NCBI GenBank assembly: GCA_945868825.1
Contig: CAMBMM010000002.1
Location: forward strand, 54,252-118,251
Length of the DNA stretch: 64,000 nt
Direction of reading: 5' to 3'
Origin: Sphingobacterium thalpophilum
GTDB taxonomy: Bacteria > Bacteroidota > Bacteroidia > Sphingobacteriales > Sphingobacteriaceae
Part shown: positions 57,327 through 64,000 of the stretch, one piece after another
Layout: each line of letters opens with the position of its first letter
How positions within the stretch are numbered: the first letter of the stretch is position 1
Position numbers and translations under genes: made by a program
The notes under the pieces: model-generated
Database searches by the model: none
What the model saw: only the letters and a program-made list of their open reading frames with translations
What the model was told of the DNA's origin: nothing

Positions 57327-58634
57327 ATGAAAAAAAACATACTTTTCCTACTCTTAGGAGTTTCCCTCTCAGCAGTTGCACAAACAGACGCTCTAAAAGC
57401 AAAAATTAGTAAATCGGCCGATAAAATTGAAGGACAAGTAATTGCTTGGCGTCGCGATTTTCATGAACACCCCGAATTGGGGAACAATGAAGTGCGTACG
57501 GCAGACATCGTAGCGAATTACCTAAAATCTTTGGGTTTAGAAGTAAAAACCGGCGTGGGTAAAACAGGTGTAGTAGGTATTTTAAAAGGTGGCAAACCTG
57601 GCCCGGTAGTAGCCCTGCGTGCCGATATGGATGCACTACCAGTAACAGAAAGAACTCCTGTTGCTTTCGCATCTAAAGTAAAATCGACCTTTAACGGGCA
57701 AAGCGTTGGCGTAATGCATGCCTGCGGACATGATTCGCATACGGCCATGCTCATGGGCGTAGCCCAAGTGCTTAGTAGTTTAAAAAGTGAGCTTAAAGGA
57801 ACGGTAAAATTTATTTTTCAGCCTGCAGAAGAGGGCCCGCCATTTGGCGAAGAAGGTGGAGCTGAATTAATGATTAAAGAAGGCGTGATGGAAAACCCAC
57901 ATGTAGATGTAGCCTTTGGTTTACACATTAATTCGCAAACACCAGTAGGAACCATTACCTATCGTCCGGGTGGTACTATGGCCAGCGTAAACGATATGAA
58001 AATTACGGTAAAGGGTCGCCAAGCCCATGGCGCCTATCCGTGGTCATCGGTAGATCCGGTTGTAGTATCGGCACAAATTATAAATGCTTTACAAACCGTT
58101 GTAAGCAGAAATTTAAATGTAACAGAAAATGCTGGTGTAGTAACCATTGGTTCTATACATGGTGGCGTACGCTCTAATATTATACCCGAAGAGGTTGAAC
58201 TTATGGGCACCGTACGTAATCTGAGCAAAGAAGATGAGCAATTATTTATTGAACGTATAAAAACCATAGCCACCAAAACTGCTGAAGCAGCAGGTGCAAC
58301 GGCTGAAGTGAAAATTCCCTTTAGTGTACATTATCCGGTAACCTATAACGATCCTAACTTAACCGCTCAAATGTTACCTACCCTGCAAAAGCTAGCCGGT
58401 AGCCAAAATATTAAATTGAAGCCCGCAGGTACAGGCGCCGAAGATTTTTCGTTTTACCAAGAAAAAGTACCCGGATTATTTATCTTTTTGGGAGGCATGC
58501 CTAAAGGAGGCGATCCGCTAAAAACGCCATCACACCATACTCCCGATTTTTTTATTGATGAAAGCGGCTTTACACTAGGCATCAAAGCCTTGGCCAACCT
58601 AGCGATTGATTATATGGATCAAGCGAAAAAATAA
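57327..58634 (+). CDS. M20 family amidohydrolase (secreted)
   Basis: Signal peptide, FHEHPELGNNE, MHACGHDSHTAM and FQPAEEG blocks of the M20D/amidohydrolase group. Confidence 0.85.
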   Translation: MKKNILFLLLGVSLSAVAQTDALKAKISKSADKIEGQVIAWRRDFHEHPELGNNEVRTADIVANYLKSLGLEVKTGVGKTGVVGILKGGKPGPVVALRADMDALPVTERTPVAFASKVKSTFNGQSVGVMHACGHDSHTAMLMGVAQVLSSLKSELKGTVKFIFQPAEEGPPFGEEGGAELMIKEGVMENPHVDVAFGLHINSQTPVGTITYRPGGTMASVNDMKITVKGRQAHGAYPWSSVDPVVVSAQIINALQTVVSRNLNVTENAGVVTIGSIHGGVRSNIIPEEVELMGTVRNLSKEDEQLFIERIKTIATKTAEAAGATAEVKIPFSVHYPVTYNDPNLTAQMLPTLQKLAGSQNIKLKPAGTGAEDFSFYQEKVPGLFIFLGGMPKGGDPLKTPSHHTPDFFIDESGFTLGIKALANLAIDYMDQAKK

Positions 58635-58649
58635 AAGAAAACAACTCCA

Positions 58650-58684
58650 CAAAAAACCCTGAAGCATGCTTCAGGGCTTTTTTA
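58650..58684. terminator. bidirectional terminator between the M20 gene and ssb
   Basis: Stem ccctgaagc/gcttcaggg flanked by an A-run and a T-run. Confidence 0.8.
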
Positions 58685-58688
58685 TGGC

Positions 58689-59117
58689 CTAAAATGGTAA
58701 ATCGTCATCGGGAGCCGATTCATCAAAATCTACGGGCAACTCCTCAGAGTTTCGTTCTGCAGGAGGTTTACTGCCATCGTAATCACTTTTACGACCAAGC
58801 ATGGTAAAATTATCGGCAACTATTTCGGTAGTATAGCGCTTATTTCCCTCCTTATCATCATAAACACGGGTACGAAGTTTCCCTTCTAAATAAATCAACT
58901 TTCCCTTTCGAAGGTATTTTGCAGCAATTTCAGCCAACCCACGCCAAATTACTACATTGTGCCATTCTGTTTGCTCTACTTTTTTACCATCTTTAGTAGT
59001 ATAGCTTTCTGAAGTGGCTAGCGAAAAACTAACCATGCTTGAGCCGCTATCCAAATGTCGAACTTCAGGGTCCTTGCCCAAATGTCCAACTAAAATAACT
59101 TTGTTAATTCCAGACAT
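58689..59117 (-). CDS. ssb: single-stranded DNA-binding protein
   Basis: INKVILVGHLGKDPEVR OB-fold N-terminus and an acidic tail ending in DDDLPF. Confidence 0.95.
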   Translation of the reverse strand: MSGINKVILVGHLGKDPEVRHLDSGSSMVSFSLATSESYTTKDGKKVEQTEWHNVVIWRGLAEIAAKYLRKGKLIYLEGKLRTRVYDDKEGNKRYTTEIVADNFTMLGRKSDYDGSKPPAERNSEELPVDFDESAPDDDLPF

Positions 59118-59132
59118 ATCTTTAAGATTTAA

Positions 59133-60191
59133 TTAATTTAATTTGAAAGTAAATAATTTTATTATAAATTCAAAAATCAATTTTGGTTGTGCTAAATTTT
59201 CTAATTCTGCCAAGGGTAAAAACTGCTCTTTATGAGCTAAAAAATAAGTACCCGATACTTCCATTACCACAAATTGTGCAAATATACGTTGATGGGATAG
59301 CAAATGTTTTACTGGCCCATGCACCCATTTAATATGGCTAAGGTCTTTAAATTTTTGTTTAAAATCGTCAGTACAAACCAATTCTCCGGGTGAAAGTGCT
59401 GTACGGCTTTCGAGTAAAGGGAATTCATACAACCCTTGCCAAATATCGCCAGCACCGCGTTGTTGCATGGCAATGCTATCGCCATGTAGCAAAACTATGT
59501 AGTTAAAAAACCGTTCCCGAGCCGGCTTTTGTTTCAATTTCACAGGCAAATTTTGAATTTGATTGGTGCTAAAGGCAGTACAACCGGTACGTAATGGGCA
59601 AGTTTCGCAAAGTGGACTTTTGGGTTTGCACTGCAAAGCACCGAACTCCATAATGGCTTGATTGTATACACCAGCTAATTTTGGAGGTAATAGTTCTTGC
59701 GCCAATGCCAAAAATTGTTTTTTTCCTTCGCTAGAATTTATGGGTGTATCTATTCCAAAATATCTAGCCAAAACACGAAACACGTTGCCGTCAAGTACAG
59801 CCCTTGCCTCATTGCTCGAAAAAGAAGAAATTGCAGCAGCTGTATACTCTCCTACACCTTTCAAGCGAAGTAAATCATCATAAGCACTAGGAAAGCGTCC
59901 ATCAAACTGCTCCATAACCATTTTAGCGGTGTGGTGCATGTTCCGAGCTCTCGAATAATAACCCAAACCCTGCCAATCGTTTAAAATTTCACCTTCGGTA
60001 GCAGCAGCAAAATCTGCTATGGTAGGATAATGAGTTAAAAATCGATGGAAATAAGGTAAGCCCTGATCGACCCTGGTTTGTTGCAAAATAATTTCAGATA
60101 GCCAGAGCACAAAGGGATTGGTGCTATGCCGCCAAGGCAAATCACGTTTATGCTCCTGGTACCAGGCTATTAATTCGTTTGCAAAAGTCAT
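59133..60191 (-). CDS. mutY: A/G-specific adenine DNA glycosylase
   Basis: LPWR, SEIILQQTRV, HhH-GPD (LKGVGEYTAAAI), a 4Fe-4S loop CKPKSPLCETCPLRTGC and a NUDIX-like C-terminal domain. Confidence 0.9.
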   Translation of the reverse strand: MTFANELIAWYQEHKRDLPWRHSTNPFVLWLSEIILQQTRVDQGLPYFHRFLTHYPTIADFAAATEGEILNDWQGLGYYSRARNMHHTAKMVMEQFDGRFPSAYDDLLRLKGVGEYTAAAISSFSSNEARAVLDGNVFRVLARYFGIDTPINSSEGKKQFLALAQELLPPKLAGVYNQAIMEFGALQCKPKSPLCETCPLRTGCTAFSTNQIQNLPVKLKQKPARERFFNYIVLLHGDSIAMQQRGAGDIWQGLYEFPLLESRTALSPGELVCTDDFKQKFKDLSHIKWVHGPVKHLLSHQRIFAQFVVMEVSGTYFLAHKEQFLPLAELENLAQPKLIFEFIIKLFTFKLN

Positions 60192-60301
60192 TTAGTTATA
60201 AATTTGGTGGTATGTAGGCCACAAAAATAGCTTAGTATTTGTTTTATAGCGACTTGCTGTAAAAAAACGTCTATTTATTTTCCAAATTCATTTTAAAAAG
60301 A

Positions 60302-60309
60302 TACCTTTG
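60302..60309 (+). promoter_or_regulatory. Bacteroidota-type -7 box (TACCTTTG) for the HU gene
   Basis: Exact TAnnTTTG match about 50 nt upstream of the HU ATG. The leader is A-rich. Confidence 0.45.
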
Positions 60310-60360
60310 CAACCCAAAAACAATACAAATATTATACATAAAGCTATATAACACTACACT

Positions 60361-60657
60361 ATGACTAAGGCAGAAATTATCGCAGAAATTGCTACAAAAA
60401 CCGGAATTGAAAAAGGTGATGTACAAGAAACCGTTGAAGCGTTTTTTAAAGTTGTAAAAAACTCAATGGTAGGTGGAGAAAACGTATATGTAAGAGGTTT
60501 TGGCAGTTTTATAGTGAAAAAACGTGCTAAAAAAACAGCTAGAAATATTTCTAAAAATACCGCCATTATTGTGCCTGAGCATTTTGTGCCTAGTTTTAAG
60601 CCGGCCAAAATTTTTGTAGATAAAGTAAGAAATGGTAATAAATCTAAAATTGCCTAA
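60361..60657 (+). CDS. hup: HU family DNA-binding protein
   Basis: MTKAEIIAEIA...VRGFGSF..KKRAKKTARNI...IVPEHFVPSFKP; classic HU/IHF fold. Confidence 0.9.
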   Translation: MTKAEIIAEIATKTGIEKGDVQETVEAFFKVVKNSMVGGENVYVRGFGSFIVKKRAKKTARNISKNTAIIVPEHFVPSFKPAKIFVDKVRNGNKSKIA

Positions 60658-60665
60658 CACACGCA

Positions 60666-61505
60666 ATGTTTAACGCCAAACAAATAGCCGTACTCGTATT
60701 AATTGCCGTACTTGTTACTGCCTTGTTTTCGCTAAATATTAAAGGATTACAAAAAGAAGAGGCTTCTAAACCAACAACTGATGCAAAAGAGCAAGCAGTA
60801 GTTGCAATTAGCCTCGAACAAGTTTCTAAAACAGCTAAACAAACCATAAATGCTAGTTTAGCCGCAGAAATTACTAGCTTAGAAACAGCACTTAAAAACG
60901 CTGATGAGCAAAGCAAGCTTGCCTTATATAAGCAACTTGCTCTAAAATGGGACGATGTAAATGTGGCTATACCAAGTGCATTTTATAAAGAATTGGTAGC
61001 ACAAACAGAGTCCTCGTACGAAAATTGGGTTTTAGCCGGTGATCAACTAACCACCGCTTACCAAACTACTCAAGATTCAACCATTCAGCCAACTTTGGTA
61101 CAAAAAGCAATTACTGCTTACCAATCGGCACTAAAATTAAACCCGGGAAGCTTAAATGCAAAAACGGGCTTAGGCACTGCATACGTTAGCGGAACACCTA
61201 ACCCCATGCAAGGGATAACTTTATTACTCGAAGTAGTAAAACAAGATCCTAAAAACGTAAAAGCCAATACGAACCTAGGCCTTTTTGCCATGCGTTCGGG
61301 CCAATTTGACAAAGCGGTAACACGCTTTAAAACAGTTATTGAACAAAAACCCGATCCGGAAGCTTGGTTTTACTTAGCAACTAGTTACGAAAATCTGGGC
61401 CAAAACAAGGATGCCATTCTTGCTTATGAAAAAAGTAAAGAATTAGCCGCCGAACCCGGATTGAGTAATTTTGTGGATCAAAAAATAAAAGCATTAAAAA
61501 AATAA
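60666..61505 (+). CDS. tetratricopeptide-repeat protein with N-terminal membrane anchor
   Basis: N-terminal TM segment, then TPR-like helices (AITAYQSALKLNP, ..AILAYEKSKEL). Confidence 0.7.
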   Translation: MFNAKQIAVLVLIAVLVTALFSLNIKGLQKEEASKPTTDAKEQAVVAISLEQVSKTAKQTINASLAAEITSLETALKNADEQSKLALYKQLALKWDDVNVAIPSAFYKELVAQTESSYENWVLAGDQLTTAYQTTQDSTIQPTLVQKAITAYQSALKLNPGSLNAKTGLGTAYVSGTPNPMQGITLLLEVVKQDPKNVKANTNLGLFAMRSGQFDKAVTRFKTVIEQKPDPEAWFYLATSYENLGQNKDAILAYEKSKELAAEPGLSNFVDQKIKALKK

Positions 61506-61534
61506 CAGAATTTTAAAACATTAAAAGAAAAGCT

Positions 61535-61624
61535 ATGCCAAGCGGAAAAAAAAGAAAAAGACATAAAATGGCTACTCACAAGCGCAAAAAGCGTTTAAGA
61601 AAAAACAGACACAAGAAAAAATAA
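61535..61624 (+). CDS. 29-aa hyperbasic protein, candidate bS22-like small ribosomal protein
   Basis: Hand-translated MPSGKKRKRHKMATHKRKKRLRKNRHKKK. It is followed by a strong terminator and resembles mycobacterial bS22 (..[20 protein letters not shown]..) from memory. Confidence 0.5.
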   Translation: MPSGKKRKRHKMATHKRKKRLRKNRHKKK

Positions 61625-61652
61625 GCGCTTTTTAAGCACTTCATATTCTAGG

Positions 61653-61694
61653 TAACCTCCCGTGCTTACGCGGAGGTTATTTGTATTTGTTTTA
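61653..61694 (+). terminator. rho-independent terminator
   Basis: Stem taacctcc/ggaggtta followed by TTTGTATTTGTTTT. Confidence 0.75.
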
Positions 61695-61751
61695 GAAATC
61701 AATTCTTAAAAACATGTAACCGGTGCAAATCGGTTAATAAATGAGTAGCCC

Positions 61752-63302
61752 TTGGTTAAAGAACTAATTATCAATTCTGGACCTCAGGGGTCCACAATTG
61801 CCTTATTACAAGACAAGCAACTCGTAGAACTAAACAAAGAACAAGTCAACAACAATTATGCTGTTGGCGATATTTATTTGGGTAAAATCAAAAAGATTAT
61901 GCCCGGCTTAAATGCTGCTTTTGTTGATGTTGGCTACGAGAAAGATGCTTTTTTGCATTACCTCGACCTTGGTCCGCAGGTAAAATCGTTGATGAAACTG
62001 ACTAAATACATCAAGTCAGGCAATCATCAAGATAAATTATTAAACAATTTTAAGCTAGAGGAAGAAATTACCAAATCGGGTAAAATTGCCGATTTAGTAA
62101 GTCGCAACATGTTGTTGCCTGTACAAATTGCCAAAGAGCCCATCTCTACTAAAGGGCCCCGCTTAAGTGCCGATTTGTCTATTGCCGGTCGTTTTGTGGT
62201 ACTGGTGCCTTTTTCAGACGCCACCTCAATCTCTAAAAAGATAAAAAGTAATGGCGAACGTACCCGTTTGCGCAAAATTATCGAAAGCATTAAACCCAAA
62301 AACTTTGGCGTAATTATTCGCACCGTATCTGAAGGGAAAGGCGTAGAAGAATTACAAAAAGATTTATTGGACTTGGTTGCTAAATGGGAACGTTTTACTA
62401 CCCGTTTAAAAACAACCAACCCAGCAGAAAAAGTGCTGGGCGAAATGGGCCGCACCTCTACTATTCTTCGCGATATTTTAAATCCGGATTTTGCCAATAT
62501 TTATATTGATGATGCCGCTTTATATGAAGAAGTACGTGCCTATGTACACGAAATTTCTCCAGAAATGGAGAAAATAGTAAAGCACTACAAGCAAAAAGAG
62601 CCTATTTTTGAACATTTTGGTGTAGATAAACAGATTAAAGCCGCCTTTGGCAGAACAGTTAATTTACCGGGTGGTGCTTATCTAGTAATTGAGCATACAG
62701 AGGCTTTACACGTAATTGATGTAAACAGCGGCAACAGAACGGCTAGCAAAGAAAATCAAGATGAAAATGCTTTCTTGGTAAATAAAGAAGCCGCTCGTGA
62801 AATTGCCCGCCAACTTCGTTTACGCGATATGGGTGGTATTGTTGTAGTCGATTTTATAGACATGCACAAACCGGCCAATCGCAAAGAGTTGTTTGATTAC
62901 TTACGTGAGCAAATGAACTTAGATCGGGCTAAACACACCATTTTACCTCCAAGTAAATTTGGGTTGGTGCAAATTACCCGCCAGCGTGTTCGCCCTGAGA
63001 TGAACATCATTACCAACGAGAAGTGCCCATCGTGCGATGGTACAGGCGAAATTAAAGCCAGCATTGTATTGTTAGATGATGTTGCCGCCAACTTGGCCTT
63101 TATTATCAAAGAACAAAACGAAAAAAATATTACTCTTTGCGTACATCCATACATTGAGGCCTATATTAAAAAGGGAATTTTCAACTTACAGTGGAAATGG
63201 TTCTCAAATTACGGCCGTTGGATTAAAGTAAAAGCAGAACCTTCTTACCACCTTACAGAATTCCATTTTCTGAATAGTAAAGAAGAAGAAATAAAGTTAT
63301 AA
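61752..63302 (+). CDS. rng: ribonuclease G/E family endoribonuclease
   Basis: S1 domain (VGDIYLGKIKKIMPGLNAAFVDVG), catalytic core (HVIDVNSG, GGIVVVDFIDM) and a zinc-link CPSCDGTG. TTG start. Confidence 0.9.
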   Translation: MVKELIINSGPQGSTIALLQDKQLVELNKEQVNNNYAVGDIYLGKIKKIMPGLNAAFVDVGYEKDAFLHYLDLGPQVKSLMKLTKYIKSGNHQDKLLNNFKLEEEITKSGKIADLVSRNMLLPVQIAKEPISTKGPRLSADLSIAGRFVVLVPFSDATSISKKIKSNGERTRLRKIIESIKPKNFGVIIRTVSEGKGVEELQKDLLDLVAKWERFTTRLKTTNPAEKVLGEMGRTSTILRDILNPDFANIYIDDAALYEEVRAYVHEISPEMEKIVKHYKQKEPIFEHFGVDKQIKAAFGRTVNLPGGAYLVIEHTEALHVIDVNSGNRTASKENQDENAFLVNKEAAREIARQLRLRDMGGIVVVDFIDMHKPANRKELFDYLREQMNLDRAKHTILPPSKFGLVQITRQRVRPEMNIITNEKCPSCDGTGEIKASIVLLDDVAANLAFIIKEQNEKNITLCVHPYIEAYIKKGIFNLQWKWFSNYGRWIKVKAEPSYHLTEFHFLNSKEEEIKL

Positions 63303-63382
63303 GTGATGGGTTTTAGGTTGTTTGTTTTTAAAAATTGATAAAGAACCTGTAACTTAAAACCCACAAAAAAACCTTTAACTCA

Positions 63383-64000
63383 TTGGCTAAATCTAAATCT
63401 GCGTATTTCTGTCAAAGTTGCGGCTACGAGTCGGCCAAATGGCTGGGCAAGTGCCCCTCGTGCAACCAATGGAATACCTTTGTAGAAGAAGTTATTGAGA
63501 AAAATTCTGCTGCTATACCCGATTGGAAAACAAGCAATTCGGGCAAAAGAGCCAATAAACCAGCTGCCATACACGAAATTTCGTTTAAAGAAGAAAATAG
63601 ATTAGTTACCCCCGATGCCGAACTGAACCGAGTGTTGGGTGGAGGCATTGTTCCAGGATCTTTGGTATTAATTGGGGGAGAACCCGGTATTGGCAAATCT
63701 ACCCTCATGTTACAGGTTTCCTTAAACTTGCCGGGCTTAAAAGTACTTTACGTTTCGGGCGAAGAAAGCGAACAGCAAATTAAAATGCGTGCCGAGCGCT
63801 TAATAAAAGCTAGCAAAGCCGATTGTTATATCTTAACCGAAACCTCTACACAAAATATTTTCAAACAAATTGAAGCCATAGCGCCTCAATTGGTGGTTAT
63901 CGATTCTATACAAACACTGCATTCGGCACATATCGAATCTACTCCGGGCAGTGTATCGCAAGTACGCGAATGCACCGCAGAATTGTTGCGTTTTGCCAAA
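63383..64000 (+). CDS. radA: DNA repair protein RadA (N-terminal part; continues beyond the window)
   Basis: TTG start, AKSKSAYFCQSCGYESAKWLGKCPSCNQW zinc finger and Walker A GGEPGIGKST. The frame is open to the window end. Confidence 0.9.
   Translation, partial: MAKSKSAYFCQSCGYESAKWLGKCPSCNQWNTFVEEVIEKNSAAIPDWKTSNSGKRANKPAAIHEISFKEENRLVTPDAELNRVLGGGIVPGSLVLIGGEPGIGKSTLMLQVSLNLPGLKVLYVSGEESEQQIKMRAERLIKASKADCYILTETSTQNIFKQIEAIAPQLVVIDSIQTLHSAHIESTPGSVSQVRECTAELLRFAK

Overview
This 64 kb window looks like a chromosomal segment of a Bacteroidota genome, possibly Sphingobacteriia-like. Supporting signs are TAnnTTTG -7 promoter boxes, A-rich leaders without Shine-Dalgarno sequences, a FISUMP lipoprotein, a carboxypeptidase-regulatory-domain TonB receptor, PafA and a GroEL with a GGM tail.

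Most of the window is densely packed core housekeeping. This includes miaB, a sigma-54 activator, lptE, secG, groES/groEL, lipB, dcd, clpS, prfA, lpxH, polA, tag, trmB, fcl, aspS, ssb, mutY, HU, RNase G and radA.

Two regions stand out:
- About 33.4-40.7 kb is an accessory-looking patch next to a tRNA-Lys/tRNA-Asp pair. It carries an orphan flavin monooxygenase, a duplicated 3' fragment of umuC, an intact umuDC operon with a palindromic operator candidate, and a 21-nt degenerate tandem-repeat array of about 11 units. It also carries a DUF2779-type Cas4-like/DEDD nuclease fusion, a CAP-domain protein and a 5'-truncated TPR gene remnant. A 22-mer hairpin motif is present three times around it. 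No integrase or transposase is visible.
- About 50.1-55.4 kb has a clear TPP (THI-box) riboswitch. It leads a four-gene operon of TonB-dependent receptor, PafA-like phosphatase, a divergent TPK-like protein and a GNAT.

Smaller observations:
- a SerB-type HAD phosphatase fused to SerA regulatory domains without the dehydrogenase core
- a 29-codon bS22-like hyperbasic ORF
- an Ala-for-Cys alkyltransferase-like protein
- a decayed fragment of the DEAD-box helicase gene on the far side of a beta-CASP gene
- a 22-codon hydrophobic ORF abutting corA

No CRISPR array, rRNA, IS element or prophage was seen. All calls come from reading the ORF translations and hand alignment. No database search or computation was possible.
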